DNA of 32,507 nucleotides from a virus, in the IMG/VR virus record IMGVR_UViG_3300045988_106777, positions 1 to 32,507 of that record. One strand, written 5' to 3'. The notes beneath the pieces were generated by a model. That model was not told where the DNA came from. It saw nothing but the letters and a program-made list of their open reading frames with translations, and made no database searches. The position numbers were made by a program, and so were the translations under genes. Positions 8,470-15,105 of the stretch are shown here, piece by piece. Position 1 is the stretch's first letter, and each line of letters starts with the position of its first letter.

Positions 8470-8961
8470 CTATTCCACCTCCCCCGTAAGCAGTGCGGCA
8501 GCGGCAGCACCGAGGTTGTTACCGAGTGCTTCAACCACCTTTTGCGTCTGTACTCGAACGGTCGTTCCTGTCATCATCGGCGGCTCGAAACGCTCTACCA
8601 TCTCACACCCATCTGGCAACTCACCATCGGCAACAGCAGCTTCAAGAACCAAATCTGGCTTTACGGTGACAAGGCGGTTGAGCGTATCTAATCCGCCATC
8701 GGACGTGCGAAGCCACTCGACTAACTCCTGCGCGTTGGCGATGGATGGAAAATGCCCGACTTTCGGCTTGCTCATTCGCGCCGAGATCGTACCGACCTTC
8801 TGACCGTTCACGGTGAGCTGCTTCTGGGTAACGCCGTTTACCATGAAGTCATCGCGCATCTTAGCGTCCACTTCCTCGCGTACCTGCTTCTCGGCCTGCT
8901 TAACAGCCTTGCCGAAAGCGGTGATGACCGCAAGGCGCTCTTCGTTACTCACGTTCGGCAT
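8470..8961 (-). CDS. Hypothetical protein, possibly Gp157-like
   Basis: Coiled-coil N-terminus and position immediately upstream of the Sak4-like gene. The family call is by synteny only. Confidence 0.35.
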   Translation of the reverse strand: MPNVSNEERLAVITAFGKAVKQAEKQVREEVDAKMRDDFMVNGVTQKQLTVNGQKVGTISARMSKPKVGHFPSIANAQELVEWLRTSDGGLDTLNRLVTVKPDLVLEAAVADGELPDGCEMVERFEPPMMTGTTVRVQTQKVVEALGNNLGAAAAALLTGEVE

Positions 8962-9154
8962 CGCTAACCGCCTCGCAAATAGGCCGTCCTAATAAGATTG
9001 ATGATTCCTCCACCACGGGAAACTCATGCACGTGGCAATCGTCCTCGCCGCCGAAAAGGGCTCCGTTCGCGCCCTTGCTCACGGCAAGCGCCGTCTCCCT
9101 GTCCCTGTAAACGCCAATTGGCGTGTAGCCTTGGCTGACCACGTAAACCTTCAT
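8945..9154 (-). CDS. Hypothetical protein (69 aa)
   Basis: ORF with upstream AGGAGAA SD. Confidence 0.5.
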   Translation of the reverse strand: MKVYVVSQGYTPIGVYRDRETALAVSKGANGALFGGEDDCHVHEFPVVEESSILLGRPICEAVSDAERE

Positions 9155-9161
9155 AATTCTC

Positions 9162-9356
9162 CTAATTTAGATATCTTGACCTGTACAAGCGCACTACCTC
9201 GCGCTCAGCTTCTGACTTTGTCGCATCTGGGCTAACGGTATACAGCAGACGACGCACGCGGACGATTCCTGCTGGGCTGTACCGTTCGTCGTCGGTAACC
9301 TTCGATGCGTACCACGCTCCGTTTTTGCGCTCGACAGACCAACCCATGAATGACAT
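9162..9356 (-). CDS. Hypothetical protein (64 aa)
   Basis: SD AGGAG 5 nt upstream of the ATG. Confidence 0.55.
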   Translation of the reverse strand: MSFMGWSVERKNGAWYASKVTDDERYSPAGIVRVRRLLYTVSPDATKSEAEREVVRLYRSRYLN

Positions 9357-9363
9357 GATTCTC

Positions 9364-9531
9364 CTAGTAGTACATGCCGCTCGGCGCAGTGCCTTCGATA
9401 AGTCCGGCTATAGCTATGAGCGTGACCATCAGGACGACGCAAGCGACCGTCTGGGTTCGCTCGCTCAATCCGTGCCACCACGCGCCTAGGTTCTCGGCTG
9501 CATCGAACAGGCAATTTCCGATATAATTCAT
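9364..9531 (-). CDS. Small membrane protein (55 aa), below the ORF-track cut-off
   Basis: ATG 9531 preceded by AAAGGAGG (9538..9545). The translation MNYIGNCLFDAAENLGAWWHGLSERTQTVACVVLMVTLIAIAGLIEGTAPSGMYY has one hydrophobic helix. Stop TAG at 9364. Confidence 0.6.
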   Translation of the reverse strand: MNYIGNCLFDAAENLGAWWHGLSERTQTVACVVLMVTLIAIAGLIEGTAPSGMYY

Positions 9532-9533
9532 CT

Positions 9534-9598
9534 GAGACCTCCTTTCTGTCTGGTCTTGAGCCGTTTCCCGTGTTGGTAGCCCGTGGAACGGCTTTTTT
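9534..9598 (+). ncRNA. Hypothetical cis-antisense small RNA over the 5' UTR/SD of the 55-aa ORF
   Basis: TATAAT at 9522..9527 (no clear -35). Stem 9535-9539/9552-9556 with the anti-SD in its loop. Plus-strand-only terminator at 9559..9598. Confidence 0.3.
9559..9598 (+). terminator. Intrinsic terminator functional only on the plus strand
   Basis: AGCCGTT (9559-9565) pairs with AACGGCT (9587-9593), with extra CC/GG pairs, followed by T6. On the minus strand the stem is preceded by A5 and has no U-run. Confidence 0.5.
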
Positions 9599-9815
9599 AG
9601 TTTTCATTCATCCAGCGGTCGAACTCGCTCACGCTGATTAGCGCATTGCGCTTACCGTAGGTTTTAAACTTCAAGCGTCCCGCCTTGTGCTCCGCATACA
9701 ATGTGGATCGCGGCACGCCAGAATAGAGCGCCGTCTGACGGACTGTGTACGCCATTTGCGGTTTCAGCCCGGCGGCTATAGCGAATTGCAGCGCTCTGCT
9801 TTTGATATCTTCCAT
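9597..9815 (-). CDS. Excisionase/AlpA-like helix-turn-helix DNA-binding protein
   Basis: YTVRQTALYSGVPRSTLYAEHKAGRLKF resembles MerR-type HTH_17/Xis proteins. SD GGAGG upstream. Confidence 0.55.
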   Translation of the reverse strand: MEDIKSRALQFAIAAGLKPQMAYTVRQTALYSGVPRSTLYAEHKAGRLKFKTYGKRNALISVSEFDRWMNEN

Positions 9816-10376
9816 GCTTCACCTCCTAGAGCCGCCAGCGCGATACTGCCTAGGTACGCAATCAAAAGGGCTATACAAATTTCCTTATGACACGGCAGTA
9901 CCGCGTTCGCGGTTCTATATGGATTCAATGCGCCACAGCGCCATGCGGTACGTATCCTGATTTGCTTATAGGCGGACTGAGAACTAATCGAGATTTACGA
10001 CGTCTTGATTAGCGGATACGCACCACGTGACGCTGTGGCTTTGATATGGGATGCGTGGGATACGCGGTCATTTCCTACCGCGCTACGGCTCTCCACGCTT
10101 ACCGCCAGCCCGTGGGCTGGAATCTTCGTTTCGCCTAGCCAGCACCGGCTAGACTCGCGTATTACGCTGTCCTTCCTTCCGATACCTTGCAGGGCATCGG
10201 CAAAGGCTCTATGCGGTTCTCAAGGGGCGCTATCTCCCTTTGCGTCCCGCTCGCACCGTACTGGCGAGTGTGGTTGGCCCGATCGCAGGAGGCATGATCA
10301 CGTAGAGAGGTTCGTGATTCGCCAGTGCGGCGCGTGCGAAACGCATGTTTGATAAATCAGTGGTTGGATTGGTTAG
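9816..10376 (-). ncRNA. Candidate large structured RNA or cis-acting element (no credible ORF)
   Basis: At least ten perfect or near-perfect 6-11 bp helices (listed in findings). No SD-preceded ORF. The strand assignment is tentative. Confidence 0.35.
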
Positions 10377-10592
10377 TTAGACGTTAGTTTTACTAGCGTT
10401 TGAGCCGAAAAAAATATACTCGTAGTTTTTGGAAAGCAGCGAGCATATCGTCTTGGCTTGAAGAACAGTTGCCCTAGCTGGGTCTGCTTCAATTGCCGCA
10501 TATGTAGGGCGCGAACACCCCAGCTTATCAGCCATAAACTGCTGGGTGTATCCAGCTCGTTTACGCGCTTCTTCCAAAGTTTCGTTTGGCAT
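10377..10592 (-). CDS. Cro-like XRE-family HTH regulator
   Basis: GYTQQFMADKLGCSRPTYAAIE HTH. Divergent from the repressor gene across a 100-bp operator region. SD AAGGGGG. Confidence 0.65.
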   Translation of the reverse strand: MPNETLEEARKRAGYTQQFMADKLGCSRPTYAAIEADPARATVLQAKTICSLLSKNYEYIFFGSNASKTNV

Positions 10593-10629
10593 TTCGTATT
10601 ACCCCCTTTCGGTCTTTCAACTGTTTTGT

Positions 10630-10658
10630 ATGCTAGTTAAACTAGCGTAGCGTGTCAA
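10630..10658 (-). promoter_or_regulatory. Early lytic promoter (TTGACA-17 nt-TAGCAT)
   Basis: On the minus strand, TTGACA lies at 10658..10653 and TAGCAT at 10635..10630, with an exact 17-nt spacer that contains the operator palindrome. Confidence 0.55.
10633..10645. promoter_or_regulatory. Operator palindrome CTAGTT-A-AACTAG
   Basis: Perfect 13-bp palindrome inside the promoter spacer. A related site, TTAGTTTTACTAG, lies at 10384..10396. Confidence 0.5.
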
Positions 10659-10703
10659 CATATTTTTTCGTACAATGTAAAAAAGATTAACGAGGTGTTG
10701 GAT

Positions 10704-11351
10704 ATGGGAATTAGGGAAAATATAATTGAGCTGCGGAAACGCGAAAGATTGACGCAAGAGGAACTTGCAAAAATTGCAGGCGTGTCGCGTGGTGCTGTAT
10801 CTCAATGGGAGGGCGGTTTTTCTGAGCCTCGCATGGGAGCCATCCAGAACATTGCCGACCACTTCGGTATATCCAAGAGCGCGATTATTGAAGATGGTGG
10901 AATGTTTGACCGCATCCCGTCTAATGCGATCAAGCCCACTACAGCAAAACCAGCCTACGCTCCCCTATTAGGCCGCGTCCACGCGGGGGAAGCCCAGGAG
11001 CCTGATGTATTGCAAGACGCAATACCAGTGCCATACGAAATCATCAAGCGACACCCTCAGGGCTACTTCCTCCAGGTGGAGGGAGACTGCATGGATAACG
11101 TCTATCCAGAAGGCTGCTATATCCTCATAGACCCCGAGAAGCGCCCATCAAACGGCTCAATTGCGGTCGTTAGTATTGATGGTGCTGACTACGTAATGCG
11201 CCGCCTGTATCGCGGTGCCAACACGCTGATACTGTCACCTGATTCGCATAACGCCGAATACGAGGATATGGTATTTGCCGCCACCACCGAACATACGGTG
11301 GAGTTTCACGGCACAGTCGTTTGGTTTCAATCGTCAAAGGAGATGGAGTAA
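10704..11351 (+). CDS. cI/LexA-like repressor: XRE HTH plus an S24-peptidase-like C-terminal domain with variant catalytic residues
   Basis: HTH LTQEELAKIAGVSRGAVSQWEGG. Linker with HAGEAQEP. C-domain VEGDCMDNVYPEG...YVMRRLYRG. GAGGTG SD 6 nt before ATG 10704 (the ORF track starts at GTG 10695). Confidence 0.85.
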   Translation: MGIRENIIELRKRERLTQEELAKIAGVSRGAVSQWEGGFSEPRMGAIQNIADHFGISKSAIIEDGGMFDRIPSNAIKPTTAKPAYAPLLGRVHAGEAQEPDVLQDAIPVPYEIIKRHPQGYFLQVEGDCMDNVYPEGCYILIDPEKRPSNGSIAVVSIDGADYVMRRLYRGANTLILSPDSHNAEYEDMVFAATTEHTVEFHGTVVWFQSSKEME

Positions 11352-11361
11352 GCCAAGACAC

Positions 11362-11401
11362 AAAAAAGCGCACCACCAACCCGCCAAGACCAGTGGAGCG
11401 C
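11362..11401 (-). terminator. Possible minus-strand terminator between the int and repressor genes
   Basis: GCGCACCAC (11368-11376) pairs with GTGGAGCGC (11393-11401) with one A-A mismatch. The A6 at 11362-11367 gives a U-run only for the minus-strand RNA. Confidence 0.35.
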
Positions 11402-11444
11402 CGCCATTCCTGCAAACCTACAATTAGAAGGGAATAGGTTCATT

Positions 11445-12575
11445 ATGCCACGTTCATCATGGGGAACCAAAACCAAAATCGACAAGAACAAGTGGAGAAT
11501 CCGTTGGTGCGAGTGGGACGGGCTCAATCGCGTTCGCCGCTCAAAGACGCTCTATCCCTGCACCTCGCGTGAAGCGGACGATGAGTTGCGCCGCCTTTGG
11601 CAACTCCACCACCTGCCGCCAAATGAGCGTGTTGTTCCATGCCCGACATTCAAGCAGTGCTGGGATGAATGGTATTTCCCGCAGCTTGAAAAGCAGCTTG
11701 AGACTGGCGATATGTCGCGCAGCACATTCGTCAACTACCGTAGCGCATGGAGGTCAAAGGTCTCGCCGAAATGGGCAAACGTTGCCATGAATAAAGTGAG
11801 AGTTGAAGAATACCAACGTTGGTTGGACAAGTTCACTGCGGCACAGGCTCACGTCTCGCATATCATCATTCTCAATCTCGTCAACTGTGCGAGACTTCAC
11901 GATGTGGACGGCATTTCTTTTATCGATGCAAAATACAAAATGCCGCGCGAAAAGAAAAGCACGGGCGATAGCGGGCTAGAAGTCTACACGGTGGCTGAAA
12001 TTGACAGCATCCTTGAATCGTTGCGAGGTAGTCGCATCGAGGGCGTAGTGATCCTAATGGCTAAAGGCTCATGCCGTGTCGGCGAAGCAGCGGCAGCAGC
12101 GGTGAAAGACATTACGTTTGATGAATACAATGGTCGCACGTACGCCGTATACGACCTTTATCACCAGTATTCTCAGAACAACAGCTTTGAGCCGCTTAAG
12201 ACGGCAGAAAGCCGCCGTCCAATCATCATCCCGCCGCCATGGAGCTTGCGGCTCGCCGAGATAGCAAAGCAGCGCACAGAAGACCAAGAGCTGTACATCT
12301 GCGACAAAGGCACGGGAATGCCGATGGATCGCAAGAGAATTACAGGTGAGTGGCTAAGCTATTACAGGAATGGAACGATTGATTTGCGCTACCTGACCAT
12401 GACCAAATTGCGCAACTCATGGGCCACGGCAATGCTTTGGAAGTACGGCATTCCCGCACAGATGGTTGACAAAATGATGGGTCACGCTTCCAAGAATATT
12501 CTCGGCAAACACTACGACCGCCCCGACAAAGAACTGTTCATCGAGACGGTCGATAAGGCATACTTCGGAAATTAG
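11445..12575 (+). CDS. int: Tyrosine recombinase / phage integrase
   Basis: Box I CRVGEA and box II KLRNSWATAML...MMGHAS...LGKHYDR, with the terminal Tyr. N-terminal SAM-like arm region. Confidence 0.9.
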   Translation: MPRSSWGTKTKIDKNKWRIRWCEWDGLNRVRRSKTLYPCTSREADDELRRLWQLHHLPPNERVVPCPTFKQCWDEWYFPQLEKQLETGDMSRSTFVNYRSAWRSKVSPKWANVAMNKVRVEEYQRWLDKFTAAQAHVSHIIILNLVNCARLHDVDGISFIDAKYKMPREKKSTGDSGLEVYTVAEIDSILESLRGSRIEGVVILMAKGSCRVGEAAAAAVKDITFDEYNGRTYAVYDLYHQYSQNNSFEPLKTAESRRPIIIPPPWSLRLAEIAKQRTEDQELYICDKGTGMPMDRKRITGEWLSYYRNGTIDLRYLTMTKLRNSWATAMLWKYGIPAQMVDKMMGHASKNILGKHYDRPDKELFIETVDKAYFGN

Positions 12576-12777
12576 TTAGGTACCCTTAAGGACAAGTTAG
12601 GACGCAAAACCTTTATGCAAGCGTTCTACCTGCGTGTTTGTTAAAATGCCCTAGTCCTCGGCGAAGTAGTAGATAAGTGTTCTATAGGTCTCCATAGTGC
12701 TCCATAGTGCAGTTATACGTTTCCATAGGTCTCCATAGTAGTGCATATTTCAGAACTTATGGACTGAGTTAGGACGC
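12574..12777. other. Probable attP region with arm-type repeats
   Basis: AGTTAGG at 12574. AGTTAGGACGC at 12595..12605 and 12767..12777 (direct repeat) flank a CCATAG repeat cluster. The region is immediately 3' of int. Confidence 0.5.
12680..12744. repeat. CCATAG repeat cluster
   Basis: TTC[T/C]ATAGGTCTCCATAGT at 12680 and 12721. Tandem TCCATAGTGC at 12691 and 12701. Confidence 0.8.
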
Positions 12778-12792
12778 GGACTGCTGCAAAAC

Positions 12793-12828
12793 AAAAAAAG
12801 CCCCTCCCCACCAGATGGTGGAGAGGGG
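12793..12828 (-). terminator. Strong intrinsic terminator ending the late operon
   Basis: A 12-bp stem (12801-12812/12817-12828) with a 4-nt loop. The A7 at 12793-12799 gives a U7 tail on the minus-strand RNA. Confidence 0.8.
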
Positions 12829-12906
12829 TTATAAGTTGCGAACGTTTTTATTAGTAGGGGTTTCCGCCGTATGTTAGTGCGTCAACATGTGCTGCGTCGA
12901 TGCTAA

Positions 12907-14247
12907 TCATCGGCGGGTACCGTCAGACACGTAGCATTGCAGGCGGTCGAGCGCATAGCCGTAGATGCCAGCGTAGTCATCGCCACCGTAGGTGGAGCCG
13001 TCATCGCATACCTCGTCCCAGTACCCGGCGTGAGCAACGTCCTGGCTACGGTAGTAGACCTGCTTGTAGTCACCGCCCGGCGTGATGTAATACATCTGAA
13101 CGCCGTCTATAGTCTGGCCCCAGATGCCAGCCATGCCGTTTACGGAATCGTTGTAGTTGGCATACTGTACCCAGCCGAGCCAGCCGCTCTCTTTGGTGTG
13201 GACGCGATAGCGAAGGGTGCCGGAATCCACCCACGCGATGAGCATGTCGTGTGAGCCGTATGGCATACCAGCGAAGCCATCGGAATTTGAGTCGTTGAAG
13301 TTGGTCACAGCGTCATTCCACGCACCGTAACGGTTGTGGAGGGCGTAGTGGATGTTCACGCTCTTGCCCGTGGACTTCGGGAAACTCGTGCGAGTAGCAG
13401 AAGTGGAGGGCTGGTAGGTGCCTCCGTTACCATCGGTCGGTGCGATTGGAGCTACGTAGCCGCTTCCCAAATAAGCGGCAACAGCCTGCTTAAACTCGTA
13501 CCACGTCTTGCCATACTGACGGAAATAGCCGTTCGGGTCGGTGTGGTCACTTCCGCCCCAGCGCTGAGCAGCTTCGTAGTGGGAAAGCAGACGAGACGTA
13601 TCCCAACCGTGGGCGCGTAACTCATCGCCAGCCCACTTCACTGCCTCGTTCCACTGCTTGGCAAAGTCGCTAGCATTGGTGGCATGGGCCAGCTCGATGC
13701 CGATTGTATAGCCATTGCCGTTGCCCACGTGCCAGCACAATCGGTTCTCAGGCACAGTGTTGTACACGGTGGAACCGTCAAGCTCCATGACGTGATGGAC
13801 GGCGTAGGTATCATTGCGCGACCACAACAAAGTATGGTTGTAAGCGGAAGCGCCGGGGTTAGCCGTCTCATGGATGACGAGGTAAGACGCATTGAGGTAT
13901 CCGTGGCCGTTTGATACGTACTTATTGACGCTTTGGTAGGCTTCCGCGCCGCACGGGGCGGCAAGGGCCGCTACGAGTGCGAGAGCGACGAAAAAGGCGA
14001 TGCGGAGCGGCAGCTTACGCTTAGGGTCATTCGCTCCACCCGCTTTCATGCGGGCTGCATCGACCGACTGCTCAGCTGCTGCATAGATCGCTGCGCTGAT
14101 AACGCCACACACCGTGCCGACGATAGCAACGGTTTCGTTACTTGTAGTGATGCCAGCGATGCTCGCGGCGATGCTGCCGAGAAAGGCGGCTAAGCAAAGC
14201 CAGAACTTGCGGCTGGTCAGCTTGCGGATAATGTCTTCGGTAGTCAT
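12907..14247 (-). CDS. Membrane-anchored endolysin: holin-like 2-TMD N-terminus, signal-anchor, Amidase_2 domain and three aromatic wall-binding-like repeats
   Basis: N-terminus MTTEDIIRKLTSRKFWLCLAAFLGSIAASIAGI...VAIVGTVCGVISAAIYAAA, then KRKLPLRIAFFVALALVAALAAPCGAEA. Amidase motifs YLVIHETA...CWHVGNGNGYTIGIEL...SHYEAAQRWGGSDHTDP. SD GGAAAGGGGA before ATG 14247. Confidence 0.8.
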   Translation of the reverse strand: MTTEDIIRKLTSRKFWLCLAAFLGSIAASIAGITTSNETVAIVGTVCGVISAAIYAAAEQSVDAARMKAGGANDPKRKLPLRIAFFVALALVAALAAPCGAEAYQSVNKYVSNGHGYLNASYLVIHETANPGASAYNHTLLWSRNDTYAVHHVMELDGSTVYNTVPENRLCWHVGNGNGYTIGIELAHATNASDFAKQWNEAVKWAGDELRAHGWDTSRLLSHYEAAQRWGGSDHTDPNGYFRQYGKTWYEFKQAVAAYLGSGYVAPIAPTDGNGGTYQPSTSATRTSFPKSTGKSVNIHYALHNRYGAWNDAVTNFNDSNSDGFAGMPYGSHDMLIAWVDSGTLRYRVHTKESGWLGWVQYANYNDSVNGMAGIWGQTIDGVQMYYITPGGDYKQVYYRSQDVAHAGYWDEVCDDGSTYGGDDYAGIYGYALDRLQCYVSDGTRR

Positions 14248-14251
14248 CTGG

Positions 14252-14557
14252 CTATCCCCTTTCCGCGCACACTGGCGCATTTAGGATTTCGTGGTAGTAC
14301 TGCGTTCCCACGCCGTTGCCGCCGAGTGCGTGGTACGCCGTATAGACCTGCTCGGTCTCGCGCTTGCGATCGTCAGGGCAATAGCCCTTCTCGACCGTGC
14401 GCTCGTGAATGTCGTAGAGTCTGCTGCGGAGCAGGGTCTTGGTGCCCTCCTGATTGGCAAGGATTAGGCTGTAGAGCCGCTTAAGTGCCACCAGAACAGC
14501 CCCCAAAAGAGCGGCAACGAACCACGACATGGCCGAGTCGATGATTGCTGTGTCCAT
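14252..14557 (-). CDS. Putative holin / lysis membrane protein (101 aa, one N-terminal TMD)
   Basis: SD GGAGGTG 5 nt before ATG 14557. TMD WFVAALLGAVLVALKRLY. Positioned directly upstream of the endolysin. YHALGGNG motif. Confidence 0.5.
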   Translation of the reverse strand: MDTAIIDSAMSWFVAALLGAVLVALKRLYSLILANQEGTKTLLRSRLYDIHERTVEKGYCPDDRKRETEQVYTAYHALGGNGVGTQYYHEILNAPVCAERG

Positions 14558-14613
14558 CGCATCACCTCCATTCCATGGCAATATCTGGCCATCGTCCCCC
14601 GCGTCTTGAATGC

Positions 14614-14667
14614 AAAAATCCCAGACGAAACGCGGCGGTCTACCATGCGAAACGTCTGGGATTTTTT
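14614..14667. terminator. Bidirectional hairpin terminator between the tail-fibre region and the lysis genes
   Basis: AAAAATCCCAGACG (14614-14627) pairs perfectly with CGTCTGGGATTTTT (14653-14666). There are A-runs and T-runs on both sides and a 25-nt partly paired loop. Confidence 0.6.
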
Positions 14668-14672
14668 AGAGA

Positions 14673-14701
14673 TTGGACTGTTAAAAATGATGTTTTACTA
14701 T
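14673..14701 (+). promoter_or_regulatory. Candidate sigma-70-type promoter TTGGAC-17-TACTAT on the plus strand
   Basis: Hexamers at 14673-14678 and 14696-14701 with exact 17-nt spacing, immediately after the bidirectional terminator. Confidence 0.4.
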
Positions 14702-14847
14702 GCAGCCGCTATGTCGCACTACCTGCAATCATTCCGCACGGTGGTGGCGAGGGCGAGCGATTCATACACGGCGGCGATGGAGATGTAGGGCATTCCGTAT
14801 CCCGGCTTACCTCGCCATGCGTCTTCTCGACAGCGTCGACGTCTTAC

Positions 14848-15105
14848 GTGCCATTCCCGGTCGACCTCTCGTCTGCTACTTTTGTCGTCCTCACCACGAG
14901 CGTCAACGGCAATGCTCGCGGATTGGCGAGCACGGTTATGACGGCGTCGAGCTTCGTTTCTGAATGCTTATCAGGCGATAAATCGATGCAGGTCGTATAC
15001 GCTTCTGAACAAGACAACTATACGGCGTATGCGTATTACTCCAGCGGCAAAGTGTACTTGAAGTCGAGGAGCCAGTACGACAGCGCGGTCTTCATCGTGT
15101 TGTGA
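14848..15105 (+). CDS. Possible opposite-strand moron ORF (start uncertain; open frame extends from 14545)
   Basis: A 186-codon stop-free frame. G/C-ending codon bias from about 14800. Beta-rich, non-repetitive C-terminal translation. No good SD; candidate starts are GTG 14848, TTG 14923, ATG 14938 and ATG 14986. Confidence 0.3.
   Translation: MPFPVDLSSATFVVLTTSVNGNARGLASTVMTASSFVSECLSGDKSMQVVYASEQDNYTAYAYYSSGKVYLKSRSQYDSAVFIVL

Noticed and set aside
9194-9607. 137-aa minus-strand ORF covering the small-gene region.
   Set aside because: It is Arg-rich and in an alternative frame. The same interval is better explained by the SD-preceded genes 9162..9356 and 9364..9531.
10005-10352. 115-aa plus-strand ORF inside the structured element.
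   Set aside because: It has a TTG start without an SD, a Ser/Arg/Pro-rich translation, and no codon-bias signal. I treat the region as non-coding.
12680-12744. CRISPR-like mini-array (CCATAG repeats).
   Set aside because: The repeats are only 10-19 bp, irregularly spaced and partly tandem, with no spacers or leader. They fit recombinase or accessory binding sites better.
12801-12828. The minus-strand sequence CCCCTCTCCACCA looked like a tRNA 3' acceptor end, which would be a common att target.
   Set aside because: No T-arm or T-loop precedes it. It is simply one arm of the 12-bp terminator hairpin. No tRNA-like cloverleaf was found anywhere in the window.
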